NCBI GenBank assembly: GCA_036336855.1
Contig: JAYZFI010000014.1
Coordinates: 44,734-108,733, forward strand
Direction of reading: 5' to 3'
Length of the DNA: 64,000 nucleotides
Source of the DNA: Candidatus Latescibacterota bacterium
GTDB lineage: Bacteria > Latescibacterota > UBA2968 > UBA8231
Each line of letters begins with the position of its first letter. The stretch's first letter is position 1. Under the pieces are notes generated by a model. The model was given only the letters and a program-made list of their open reading frames with translations. It had not been told where the DNA came from and searched no databases. Both the position numbers and the translations under genes were made by a program. Of this stretch, positions 53,887 to 63,594 are shown piece after piece.

Positions 53887-53912
53887 GGAGGGAGTGCCTC
53901 CGATCCGGGCGG

Positions 53913-55064
53913 TCAGGTGTCGTTAAGGTGGACGGCGCGGAACAGCGCTTCGTAGCGCGACGCACTGGTGTCCCAGCCGTATTCACGGAGCACATAGGCA
54001 CGAGCGTCTTCGCCTTCCTGCAGGCGCCGTTCTTCCGGTTGATCGTAAAACCGCCGCACCGACTCGGCAAACCCCTCGTAATCCCCCGATTCGATGAGCC
54101 AGCCTCCTTCGCGGACGGCCTCGACGAGGGCGTCCACGGCAAAGGAGACCACGGGCGTACGGTTGTACATCGCCTCCAGAGGAGCGATACCGTAGCCCTC
54201 GACGTCGCCCGGAGTGGGGACGTTGGGCATGACGAAGAGGTCGCAGAGCGTGCGCAGAGCAGAGCAGGTGTCGTCGTCGACGGAGCCGAGGATGATCACC
54301 TGGTCGGGGTCGGGTAGGCGATCACGCGCTGCCAGGATTTCGGCAGCCATGGGACCGGTGCCGACGACGATGAGGCGCACGCCCTCGAGCCTGGCCACAC
54401 CGTGCTTGATGAAGTCGGCGATGCCTTTCCGCCGTACCTGGCGGCCTACGTTGACAATCAGACGGTCCCCACCGAAGCGGACGCTGAGTTCGCTCTCCAG
54501 AGAGCGCCGCATTTCGGTGAGTCGGTCGGCGGACAGCTCGACGGGTTCGACGCCCACATAAATTAGCCGGATGCGCTCGTCCGGCAGGCCACAGTCCACG
54601 GCGATGCGTCTGGAGTTGGCGCTAATCACGGCGATCCCCGCGCACTGCAGAGCTCCCTCCCGTATGAGACCTTGGGCCAATCGATTCCCAAGAGTCATCT
54701 CCAGGCCGAAGATGCTGCACACAAGTTGGGCGGGGCCGCGCACCAGCCCTAGGCCGGAGGCAACAGAGGCAGCGACGCCATCGGCGAAGTAGATGATATC
54801 CACGCGACGGAACAGCAACAGGAAGAATGCCCGCAGCCAAGCCCAGGGCAGGAACCAGGCCAGGTGCAGAATTGACTCGCGACGCAGGGCAATGAGGGTC
54901 AACGGCATGCGCTGACGGAGGTACTGGTAAAGTTTAAACGCGTGGGTCTGGGCACCGCCTCGACTGGGGGGAAAGCGGCGAGTTACGAACAGCACCCGAA
55001 GGGGCTTCTGGCGCGCCGTGGTGGGCTGGTTAGTGGGCGTTTCTTCGGCTGAGGTTCGTTGCAT
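53913..55064 (-). CDS. GT4-family (GT-B fold) glycosyltransferase
   Basis: 383 aa. RVLFVTRRFPPSRGGAQTH N-terminus and C-terminal E-x7-E context (GIAPLEAMYNRTPVV). Confidence 0.85.
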   Translation of the reverse strand: MQRTSAEETPTNQPTTARQKPLRVLFVTRRFPPSRGGAQTHAFKLYQYLRQRMPLTLIALRRESILHLAWFLPWAWLRAFFLLLFRRVDIIYFADGVAASVASGLGLVRGPAQLVCSIFGLEMTLGNRLAQGLIREGALQCAGIAVISANSRRIAVDCGLPDERIRLIYVGVEPVELSADRLTEMRRSLESELSVRFGGDRLIVNVGRQVRRKGIADFIKHGVARLEGVRLIVVGTGPMAAEILAARDRLPDPDQVIILGSVDDDTCSALRTLCDLFVMPNVPTPGDVEGYGIAPLEAMYNRTPVVSFAVDALVEAVREGGWLIESGDYEGFAESVRRFYDQPEERRLQEGEDARAYVLREYGWDTSASRYEALFRAVHLNDT

Positions 55065-55518
55065 CCGATCTGCCTGATCTGTTAATTCGTTGGTCCAAAC
55101 CGGACCATTAAAATCAACCCGAATGACCGTGCACGACGAAGGCGCGAGGGGAGAAAGAGATGATCCCGATCCGTAATGTCATTCACACATCGAACTGGAA
55201 GCATGCCACGAAGGCGGGTGACTTTCGCTGCGTGGTCCCTTCGTTACTGACCAAAAAGGGTGCCCAAGACCATCAAGATCTGCGACGACAGCAACAGCCG
55301 TCCCACCAAGGAACTGCCGCGCAAGCTGCGCGCCGCAAGATTCGTCGCCGAGCACGGTAACTGAGTCTGTCCGGCGAACTGGGAGCCGGGCGCCGGCCCA
55401 CTGAAGCCGGTTGGGCCTGGTCGGCAAGATATAGCCACCTTTTCGTACCATGCCAGTTCGCAGGGCGGTGAGGGTCCCTCTTCGCCGGCCCTGTCGTGTA
55501 TAGTCGAACATCTGGGTC

Positions 55519-56595
55519 ATGACGAACTCCGCCCAAGCGGTAGCCTGCACACCCTCGCCTAGACGCCTGAAATGGCTGGATCGGTTCCTGACGTTGTGGA
55601 TCTTCTTGGCCATGGCCCTCGGGGTGGGGTTGGGCTACGCGGTTCCCCGGGTGACCGATCTGCTCATGCAGTTCCAGGTGGGTACTACTTCGGTGCCAAT
55701 TGCCGCCGGGCTCATTCTGATGATGTATCCGCCGCTATCGCGGGTACGCTACGAGAAGCTCGGCGAGGTCTTCCGCGACAGGCGGATTCTTGGCTTGTCG
55801 CTGGTGCAGAATTGGATCGTAGGACCGATCCTCATGTTCGGCCTAGCCGTGGTCTTTCTACAGGACTATCCCGAGTACATGATAGGACTGATTATGATCG
55901 GCCTGGCGCGCTGCATCGCCATGGTGATTGTGTGGAACGAGCTGGCCGATGGCGACACCGATTATGCGGCGGGACTAGTGGCTTTCAACTCGCTGTTTCA
56001 GATCCTTTTCTATTCTTCGTACGCCTATGTTTTCGTAACAGTGCTTCCGCCCCTGCTGGGCGTGCAGGGCGCGATCGTCGCGGTCACCATAGGACAGATC
56101 ACCAAAAGCGTAATCATCTACCTGGGCATTCCGTTCCTTGGCGGGATGGCGACGCGTTTTGTGTTGCGCAACGCCAAGGGCGAGGAGTGGTACGACGAAG
56201 TGTTCGTGCCGTGCACGGGCCCCATCACCCTGTTGGCCCTGCTATTCACCATCGTCGCCATGTTCTCCCTGAAGGGGGAGTATATTGTCACGCTACCCGG
56301 CGACGTGATGCGCATCGCCATCCCGCTTCTCATCTACTTTGTGGTGATGTTCGTCATCTCCTTTTTCATGGGAAAACGGGTCGGGGCGGACTATTCGAAA
56401 TCGGTGACTCTGTCCTTCACTGCGGCGAGCAACAACTTCGAGCTAGCCATCGCTGTCGCCGTGGCCGTCTTTGGGCTCGATTCCGGAGCCGCTTTTGCTG
56501 CCGTAATCGGCCCCCTGGTCGAGGTCCCCGTGCTCATCGGACTTGTGAACGTGGCTCTGCGCTGGCAGAGGCGCTATTTTCCTGTCCCTGCCTGA
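55519..56595 (+). CDS. acr3: ACR3-family arsenite efflux permease
   Basis: 358 aa. ACR3 signatures ([20 protein letters not shown], conserved Cys in [11 protein letters not shown]). 10 TM helices. Confidence 0.9.
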   Translation: MTNSAQAVACTPSPRRLKWLDRFLTLWIFLAMALGVGLGYAVPRVTDLLMQFQVGTTSVPIAAGLILMMYPPLSRVRYEKLGEVFRDRRILGLSLVQNWIVGPILMFGLAVVFLQDYPEYMIGLIMIGLARCIAMVIVWNELADGDTDYAAGLVAFNSLFQILFYSSYAYVFVTVLPPLLGVQGAIVAVTIGQITKSVIIYLGIPFLGGMATRFVLRNAKGEEWYDEVFVPCTGPITLLALLFTIVAMFSLKGEYIVTLPGDVMRIAIPLLIYFVVMFVISFFMGKRVGADYSKSVTLSFTAASNNFELAIAVAVAVFGLDSGAAFAAVIGPLVEVPVLIGLVNVALRWQRRYFPVPA

Positions 56596-56598
56596 GCG

Positions 56599-57018
56599 AT
56601 GACGACGACACGAGGGCTGTTTCTGTGCACGGGCAATTCCTGCCGTAGTCAGATGGCCGAGGGCCTGCTGGCTGCCGTGGGCGATGATTTCTTCACCTTA
56701 AGCGCCGGCGTCGATCCCCACGGCCTGAACCCGCTGGCCGTGAAAGCGATGGCGGAGATCGGCCTCGACATCTCTGGCCAGAGTTCCGATCACATCGATG
56801 ACTACGTGGACCAGAGCTTTGACTACGTGATCACTGTTTGCGACCACGTGCGCGAGGCCTGCCCCGTCTTCCCCATCGGCCAGCAGGTGTACTGGAGCTT
56901 CGACGATCCCGCGCAGGCGGGGGGCACCGAGGAGGAGCGCATGGCTGTGTTCCGGAGGATACGGGACGAGATTCAGCGTCAACTGCAGGAATTCGCATCG
57001 GGATTGCGAGACCCATGA
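56599..57018 (+). CDS. arsC: arsenate reductase ArsC (LMW-PTP, thioredoxin-coupled type)
   Basis: 139 aa. P-loop CTGNSCRS and downstream Cys residues (ITVCDHVREAC). Confidence 0.9.
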   Translation: MTTTRGLFLCTGNSCRSQMAEGLLAAVGDDFFTLSAGVDPHGLNPLAVKAMAEIGLDISGQSSDHIDDYVDQSFDYVITVCDHVREACPVFPIGQQVYWSFDDPAQAGGTEEERMAVFRRIRDEIQRQLQEFASGLRDP

Positions 57019-58487
57019 GAGTCGCCGTCGCCGGCTTCGCCCACGAATCGAACACCTTCGCTATCCACCCCACCGGGCTGAGTGATTTCGGCGTGATCGA
57101 GGGAGCCACCGTCCTCGAGCGCCACGCCGTGACTTACCATGAGATCGCCGGTTATGTTGCTGCTGCCGAGGAGCTCGACATCGAGTTGTTGCCCACGCTG
57201 TCGGCATCGGCTACTCCTGCGGGGCCGGTCACTTCCGAAGCGTACGAAGAGTTCACCGGACGTATTCTGTCCGGAATCGAAGCGCTCGGAGAGATCGACG
57301 GAGTGCTGTTGGCCCTGCACGGGGCCATGGTGGCTGAAGAGTTTCCCCATGGAGACGCGGAGACAACGCGGCGGGTGCGCGAGTTGGTGGGCGAGCGGAT
57401 CCCCATCGTCGTCACCCACGATTACCACGCCAATGTGGCACCCGAGCTTGTGGACGTCGCCGATGCCCTCATCATTTACAAGACCAACCCCCACATCGAT
57501 CAGAAAGAGTGCGGCATTCAAGCGACCCGGATTTTGCACCGTACAATCCGTGGAGAGATAACGCCGAAGATGGCGCTGGCCAAGCCGAGGCTGGTTTTCA
57601 ACATCTACTTTCACAATACCAGTGTGGCGCCCATGGCACCGCTCATGCAGCGGGCCATCGCGCTGGAGCAGGAGCAGGGCATTATAGGTTGCTCCATCGC
57701 TGCCGGCTACCAGTACGCCGACGTGGAGTGCATGGGCCCTTCAATTGTTGTTGTTACCGATAGCACTCAGGAGCGTGCTGATTCTGAGGCGCAGCTCCTG
57801 AGCGAGGAGATGTGGGCGATTCGCGATCAGCTGATTCCCGACGTGCCCGACCCTGCTGAGGCTGTGGCGCAGGCGCGAGCCAGCGGGGAGAACCCAGTGG
57901 CTCTGCTCGACTTCGGTGACAACATTGGTGGCGGCTCGGCGGGCGATTCAACCTTTGTGCTGCACGAGCTGGTGAATCAGCAGGCCGACGGTTGGGTGGT
58001 GACGATCTACGACCCGCAGTCGGTGACTCGCTGTGTTGATGGAGGGATCGGCGTCGAAGTTTCCCTGAAGGTAGGCGGCCACCTCGACAATCAACACGGC
58101 TCACCGGTGGCGATCGCGGGGACGGTTCGGTCGATCAACGACGGCCGCTACGAGGAGAGGGAACGACGCCACGGTGGTGGGCGCTTCCACAGCCAGGGCC
58201 TGACTGTGGTGGTGCGGGTGCCTTGTGGAGACGGTGAAGGCACGCTGATCCTGAACAGCGAGCGCTCGAGCCCGAATAGCATTCACCAGATTTTCAGCTG
58301 CGGCGTGGTGCCAGAGCAGCAGAAGATCCTCGTTGCAAAGGGGGCGGTGGCCCCCCGTGCGGCGTATGAGCCAGTGGCGGCACGTCTCATCGAAGTCGAC
58401 TCGGGTGGCGCCTGTTGGATCGGCCGCGGTCCCGAAGAATACCACAACGCGAATCGAGAACTGTACGAGTGGACGCAACAAAGGTGA
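57015..58487 (+). CDS. M81-family metallopeptidase (microcystinase MlrC-like; DUF1485/DUF1446)
   Basis: Start trimmed to MRVAVAGFAHESNTF (ATGA overlap with the arsC stop). M81/MlrC-like N- and C-terminal domains. Confidence 0.75.
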   Translation: MRVAVAGFAHESNTFAIHPTGLSDFGVIEGATVLERHAVTYHEIAGYVAAAEELDIELLPTLSASATPAGPVTSEAYEEFTGRILSGIEALGEIDGVLLALHGAMVAEEFPHGDAETTRRVRELVGERIPIVVTHDYHANVAPELVDVADALIIYKTNPHIDQKECGIQATRILHRTIRGEITPKMALAKPRLVFNIYFHNTSVAPMAPLMQRAIALEQEQGIIGCSIAAGYQYADVECMGPSIVVVTDSTQERADSEAQLLSEEMWAIRDQLIPDVPDPAEAVAQARASGENPVALLDFGDNIGGGSAGDSTFVLHELVNQQADGWVVTIYDPQSVTRCVDGGIGVEVSLKVGGHLDNQHGSPVAIAGTVRSINDGRYEERERRHGGGRFHSQGLTVVVRVPCGDGEGTLILNSERSSPNSIHQIFSCGVVPEQQKILVAKGAVAPRAAYEPVAARLIEVDSGGACWIGRGPEEYHNANRELYEWTQQR

Positions 58488-58500
58488 AGGAGATGAACCC

Positions 58501-59520
58501 ATGAGTTTGCGCATCGGCATCGTCGGCGCTGGGGCCAATACCAAGACGCGCCACATCCCCGGTTTCCAGGCAATCGATGGCGTCGAAGTAGTAGCGGTCT
58601 GCAATCGCAGCCGCGAGTCGGGACAGAAGGCGGCGGAGGAGTTCGGTATTGCTACGGTGTACGACCACTATAAAGAGCTGGTCAACGCCGATGACGTGGA
58701 TGCTGTCTGCGTGGGTACGTGGCCGTACATGCACTGCGAGATCAGCATCGCCACGCTGGAAGCGGGCAAGCACATCCTCACTGAGGCGCGCATGGCGATG
58801 AATCTGGAAGAGGCCCGCGAGATGCAGGCGGCGGTTAGGTCGGACAAGGTCGCCATGATCGTGCCGGCACCGTTTTACCTGGAGACCGAGCCGCGCCTGC
58901 TGCAGATGGTGAAGGCGGGATTCTTCGGCGACTGGCTGGAGGTGCACGTCAACGCCCTGGGCGGGGCCTACGCGCCGGATGCGTTGCTGCACTGGCGGCA
59001 GCGGCGCAATTTCTCCGGTCAGAACATTATGACCATGGGGATCCTCAACGAAACGGTGCGCCGCTACGCCGGACATGACCGCGCCGTTATCGCATCTGCC
59101 ACGACCTTCACGAAGGAGCGGGTGGAGGAGGAGTCGGGCAGCAAGCGCGCGGTGGACGTGCCGGAGAGCCTGGGCGTCGTCTCTGAGTTGGAGGGCGGGG
59201 GTACCTCTGTCTATCACTTCAGCAGTGTCGCCGAGCACGGCCGCGGCGGTGTCCTCGAGATGCACGGAACCAAGGCGACCTTCAAGCTAGAAGACGATTC
59301 GGCCTTCGTTGCTGAGAACGGTGGCAACTTCCAAAAGCTGGAGGTGCCCAAGAAGGAGCAGTGGGGCTGGACGGTGGAGAACGATTTCGTCGATGCCATT
59401 CGTGACGGCAAGCCGGTGACCCACACCAACTTCGACGATGGTGTGAAGTACATGGAGTTCACCGAAGCGGTGCAGGTTAGTCTCGCCGAGGGCCGCAAGG
59501 TGGAGCTGAGCAGCCTCTGA
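58501..59520 (+). CDS. Gfo/Idh/MocA-family oxidoreductase
   Basis: Start trimmed to MSLRIGIVGAGANTKTRH with AAGGAG SD upstream. Family C-terminal domain. Confidence 0.85.
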   Translation: MSLRIGIVGAGANTKTRHIPGFQAIDGVEVVAVCNRSRESGQKAAEEFGIATVYDHYKELVNADDVDAVCVGTWPYMHCEISIATLEAGKHILTEARMAMNLEEAREMQAAVRSDKVAMIVPAPFYLETEPRLLQMVKAGFFGDWLEVHVNALGGAYAPDALLHWRQRRNFSGQNIMTMGILNETVRRYAGHDRAVIASATTFTKERVEEESGSKRAVDVPESLGVVSELEGGGTSVYHFSSVAEHGRGGVLEMHGTKATFKLEDDSAFVAENGGNFQKLEVPKKEQWGWTVENDFVDAIRDGKPVTHTNFDDGVKYMEFTEAVQVSLAEGRKVELSSL

Positions 59521-59582
59521 GCAGGCAGGGCGAAGTAGCGCTCATCGTACTGGCCGGGCTCGCGCTGTTCTGCGGCGGTTTC

Positions 59583-61343
59583 TTGGTCCTTCACGGTCGC
59601 GAGGCGAAAATTTCCGGATCGTGGGACTACGTGCTGACCCACGATGACGAGTACGTAGCCTGGGTCATGGCCGACGGTGCCAGCGAGATCCCCTCTTCTG
59701 ACGCCAATCCCTTCTACCTGCAGTATCGGGGTGTGCAGAACCCGATCCTTTACTATCCAACCGTAGTCCTCTTCGGCCGCCTGGCGCGGCTCTTGGGCGA
59801 TCGGGCAATCGGGCTGCTTCCTCTTTGGAAGATCGGGATGCCGTTCGTGTGCTGGCTCACTCTGTGGTGGTGTCTAACGCACTTCTGGGGAGCGAATCAA
59901 CGCGCCGCTGCCTGTGCAAGCCTGGCGGTGCTGTCGGCCACACTGTTGTTGCACGGCGGTGCTCAGTTCGGCCTGTTGAGGTTCAGTCGGCCCGGGGATG
60001 CACTGTGGCTGGTCGCCGTGTGGGTTTCGGCGGTGTTCAACCCTCAAAGGATCCGCGCAGCCGTTGTCCCTATTGTGGGGTCAGTAGCCGTGGCCACCGT
60101 CATCCTTTCCCCCTATTACGCGGTCTTCGGCACTTGGGCGACGATTTATGCGGGCGTGGAGAGATCCGTGACGCAACGTGACCGGGTCGGGGCCGGGGTG
60201 CTGATCTTTGGCCTCGGGTGCGCGGTGTTCGGATTTGCCGTGATGGTGCTGACTCTGCAGGGGACCGACGAGAGCGGGTGGATGCAGTCGGCAGTCGGGG
60301 AGGCGACGGAGGGAAGGCAGGTAAGCCCCTGGCCCGCTGCTCTTTTCCTCATCGCCGTCGTCGCTGTCCTCGTGAAGCGGTTGCGAAGGGGAATGGAGCC
60401 GTGGGCTCTCGATGCTGTGTTGATAGGCACGCTCGCCATCGAGCCTCTGGCGGCGAGCGTCAACGTATTCCTCGGGAAGGGCTATGGATTCGACGCCCAC
60501 CGCTACTACTACCTCCCCTTCGAGCTGCTCGCCCTCGGCTCTTGGATCACTACTGTGATGCGCCCACGAGGGGTGAGCACGGGGAGACCGGTCTGGGAGT
60601 GGCTGGCCGCGGCTTCCGCCCTGGCGCTGGAAGTGGTCATCGTCCTCTCGCCAAGCTGGAACTTCCTGCGCGTATTGCCTCGGGACGATCCTAGCTCATG
60701 GACCTTTGACAATAGCCTATTGCTGTTGGAGCTGGTCCCGATCCTGGCGTTGGTATGCTGGATCGTGAGACGTCCCCCACGCTGGCTTCCATCGCCGGCC
60801 AAACTGCCGGTGGCGGTGGCCGCTGCCGTGGCGATGTGTCTCGCTGGTTATGCCACCAGGCCCTCACAACTGGAGAAATACAACCGGGAGATGCCCTTCG
60901 TCGGGGCGCACGGATGGCTCTCCGAACACGCCAGCGCCGACGATGTAGTCCTTACGCTCCCGCCTCAGCACAGTGTCGTCGACTATGTTCCCCTGTTGAC
61001 GAAGGCAAAGGTCTACTACAACGCCTTCGGACAGGACCACGTACCGCCGAAGCCTACAGAGCGATACCGGAAGGCGTTCTACTTCAATCTCTATTTGGAT
61101 CTGATCGCCTCCCCGGATGTGCCGATTGTCGCTACGATCGAAGAGAAGCTCGACGTGCTTGAGCTCGACTACATTCTGATATCGCGGGGCGAGATCAACG
61201 ATGGCTGGAGGCGGTTTGTGGCTCCGAACCGAACCCCGGTGACTGGTACACACGAAGCGTTGATTCGAAGACAGCTCGGAAGCGTGCTGACCACTGTGTA
61301 CGAGGATGAACGCAGCATTCTCTGGCTCGTAGAAAGGGGATAG
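59583..61343 (+). CDS. polytopic integral membrane protein, function unknown
   Basis: 586 aa (TTG start; an alternative ATG lies at 59657). About 12 or more hydrophobic helices. No recognisable catalytic motif. Confidence 0.5.
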   Translation: MVLHGREAKISGSWDYVLTHDDEYVAWVMADGASEIPSSDANPFYLQYRGVQNPILYYPTVVLFGRLARLLGDRAIGLLPLWKIGMPFVCWLTLWWCLTHFWGANQRAAACASLAVLSATLLLHGGAQFGLLRFSRPGDALWLVAVWVSAVFNPQRIRAAVVPIVGSVAVATVILSPYYAVFGTWATIYAGVERSVTQRDRVGAGVLIFGLGCAVFGFAVMVLTLQGTDESGWMQSAVGEATEGRQVSPWPAALFLIAVVAVLVKRLRRGMEPWALDAVLIGTLAIEPLAASVNVFLGKGYGFDAHRYYYLPFELLALGSWITTVMRPRGVSTGRPVWEWLAAASALALEVVIVLSPSWNFLRVLPRDDPSSWTFDNSLLLLELVPILALVCWIVRRPPRWLPSPAKLPVAVAAAVAMCLAGYATRPSQLEKYNREMPFVGAHGWLSEHASADDVVLTLPPQHSVVDYVPLLTKAKVYYNAFGQDHVPPKPTERYRKAFYFNLYLDLIASPDVPIVATIEEKLDVLELDYILISRGEINDGWRRFVAPNRTPVTGTHEALIRRQLGSVLTTVYEDERSILWLVERG

Positions 61344-61451
61344 GCGGCCGCGTGTTTGAACTCGGCGCCTGAAGTGCCGCAGGCGAGAAGGCTGTACACG
61401 CCGGCGTTCAGCAGCAGATAGTTGGGGAGCGAGGGTCGGGTCAGGCTGGAG

Positions 61452-62405
61452 CTACCGAGCGGATCTATTCGTGCGTCCCAGCGACCCGAAACCGCTGCCG
61501 ACCACGACGAGAAGGGCACCGATCAGGCTCATCGGGGGCAGGTACTCCGGCTCCAGTATGCCTGGGCGAAGCCACAGCAACAGCTCCATGGCCCCGAAGA
61601 CAATCAACGGCGTCAGAGCGATTAGCACGCCGATGCGGGAGGCCTCTACATGGTGCAAGGCCATGGCGAAGGTGAAGTACGAGACCATGGTCATCATCGC
61701 CGACGCGACTAGCAGCACCACACCGAGCAGCGGCAGATGAAGCAGATCGGTGATCTTGATCCAGGGCGACAGTAGCAACGACCCACCCAAGTAGATGCAG
61801 AGGAGGATCACCTCGGGACGCAGATCTTGGAGCAGCTGTTTCTGGGTCACCATGTATAGGCCCCAGAGCACAGCGGCGAGGACAATAAGGAGGACGCCAA
61901 CTCCCTCGGTGGAGAAGTCGTCGATGAGTTGCTCATAGCGTGGATGGAAGAACAGGGCGAAGCCAGCGAGCAGCACGGCCAGTCCCAGCCATTGCAGGCG
62001 GCTGAAGTGTTCGCCGAAGATGAACAGACCGGCGAGCAGCATGCACAACGGCGACAGCTGTACGACGACCTGAGCCGTGCCTGGCGAGATGAAGGTCAAG
62101 CCTCCCATGAAGGTCAGGTAGTTCCCAGTGAGCCCGAGAACGCTGAGGAAGAGCAGCAGCCGGGAGATCGCACCGAGCCCACGCCCTCTGAGCGCACCGA
62201 TGAACGCACCGAAGCTGCGTGAACGTAGCGCAATGGGCAGCGTGAGCAGACCAGCGAGGAGGAAGCGCGCAAAAGCAATGGTGTAAACGTCGAGCCACTC
62301 GACGACGAGCTTTAGGATCACCGGCAGGGTGCCCCACACCAGGGCCGTAAACAGGCCGAGGGCGAGCCCGGTTAGGGCACGGCCCGTAGGCCGATGCAGC
62401 TTCAA
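61452..62405 (-). CDS. DMT-superfamily transporter (two EamA domains)
   Basis: 317 aa, 10 TM helices, duplicated EamA pattern. Confidence 0.85.
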   Translation of the reverse strand: MKLHRPTGRALTGLALGLFTALVWGTLPVILKLVVEWLDVYTIAFARFLLAGLLTLPIALRSRSFGAFIGALRGRGLGAISRLLLFLSVLGLTGNYLTFMGGLTFISPGTAQVVVQLSPLCMLLAGLFIFGEHFSRLQWLGLAVLLAGFALFFHPRYEQLIDDFSTEGVGVLLIVLAAVLWGLYMVTQKQLLQDLRPEVILLCIYLGGSLLLSPWIKITDLLHLPLLGVVLLVASAMMTMVSYFTFAMALHHVEASRIGVLIALTPLIVFGAMELLLWLRPGILEPEYLPPMSLIGALLVVVGSGFGSLGRTNRSAR

Positions 62406-63562
62406 GCGCGCCTGCTGGCGCGCGCGCTCTGGAAGGCGTGAGTAGTGCGCTCAAGCACCCGGGGGTGGAAACCCTCCGGCGACGGAGAGTCGTTGATCAC
62501 GGAGCCCTCGGGACTGAGCACCCAGTCCTCGCGAGCGATCTGATAGCTACGAATGTGCGCCATGGGCGCATCGTCGTTGATGTACTGGACGGCGAAAATC
62601 TCCCCCGAAGGCAGCTGTACCCAGCTGGAGTAGGCGCCATCGGGATGGGGGCTGCGGTCATGATCGACAAAGAAGTAGCGATGGCCGTCGGTGTGGCGAG
62701 AAGAGAGATTGGCGACGCAGTCGGGATCAGCGGCGATGGCTTGACTCTCCACGTGCATGACCAGGTTGCGAGGCGGCGAGTTGCCCTGGAATCCGTAAAA
62801 GATGACGACCTCTCCGGAGGCGAGGATCCCCGCCTTGGGCCGGCCCACGCAACAAGTCATGTAGGTTGGGGTGGGGCTAGACCAGTTCTGGCCGCCATCT
62901 GTGGAGATCGTCTTGAAGGCACGCAGGCGTTCGCGATCCTCGCGGATGTAGCAGACCAGAGTGCCGTCGTCAAGCTCGACGAAGCTGCATTCGTTGAGCC
63001 AGCGGTCGGGATCGTGAGCGACGAGCACGGCCTTGTCGAAGGACTGCCCACCGTTGGTCGAGAAGAACGCATTTACATACCAGGCATCGTCGGGCTGGCT
63101 GCTGTCGCCTACGTCGTCGGTGCCGATGATGATGGTGCCGTCGCGTTTGCGGAAGAGGCAGGGGCAGATGTGACCGGTAATGCCGGTGTCCTCAGGGCCG
63201 TCCCATGTTTCTCCCCCGTCATGCGAGCGCCAGCTGACGATGTGTGAGTCCGGTATGTGCTCGGGCTCGTCGCCGGGGATGAGATCACAGATCATGTACA
63301 GGTCGAGACCGCCCAAGTGTAGGATCCGTGGATTGTTGAGACGGTCTTGAACGGTGTGGTCGGGATGGTCGTGGATGATCCGCTTGACCGACCAGTTGCG
63401 GCCGCCATCGCGACTGATGTGGCAGGCGATGCGACCGAAGGGCTTGGCGGAGTGGCGCAGGCTCTCGCGATAGATGCAGACGAGGCTACCGTCATCGCAC
63501 CGTGCCAGATCGGGAAAAGCCTTGTAGACGTTGTCCTCGCGGGACAGGGTACGCCGGATCAT
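62402..63562 (-). CDS. BNR/Asp-box repeat glycoside hydrolase (sialidase-like, GH33-type beta-propeller)
   Basis: 386 aa. Four Asp-box motifs (SRDGGRNW, SHDGGETW, STNGGQSF, STDGGQNW). No signal peptide. Confidence 0.75.
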   Translation of the reverse strand: MIRRTLSREDNVYKAFPDLARCDDGSLVCIYRESLRHSAKPFGRIACHISRDGGRNWSVKRIIHDHPDHTVQDRLNNPRILHLGGLDLYMICDLIPGDEPEHIPDSHIVSWRSHDGGETWDGPEDTGITGHICPCLFRKRDGTIIIGTDDVGDSSQPDDAWYVNAFFSTNGGQSFDKAVLVAHDPDRWLNECSFVELDDGTLVCYIREDRERLRAFKTISTDGGQNWSSPTPTYMTCCVGRPKAGILASGEVVIFYGFQGNSPPRNLVMHVESQAIAADPDCVANLSSRHTDGHRYFFVDHDRSPHPDGAYSSWVQLPSGEIFAVQYINDDAPMAHIRSYQIAREDWVLSPEGSVINDSPSPEGFHPRVLERTTHAFQSARASRRA

Positions 63563-63594
63563 GTGGGGCAGAGCTTTACGAGGTCGGGTGGAGT

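Noticed and set aside
55065-55518. Hidden ArsR repressor or ArsR remnant upstream of acr3
   Set aside because: None of the small ORFs (for example 55160-55360) shows a winged-HTH or the ELCVCDL metal-site motif. Left as an unexplained gap.
55572-56648. 358-aa ORF in an alternative frame of acr3
   Set aside because: Arg-rich, non-hydrophobic translation. The same-strand frame encoding ACR3 has unmistakable transporter motifs.
58387-59265. 292-aa minus-strand ORF antisense to the Gfo/Idh/MocA gene
   Set aside because: Antisense, high-GC artefact. No recognisable motifs.
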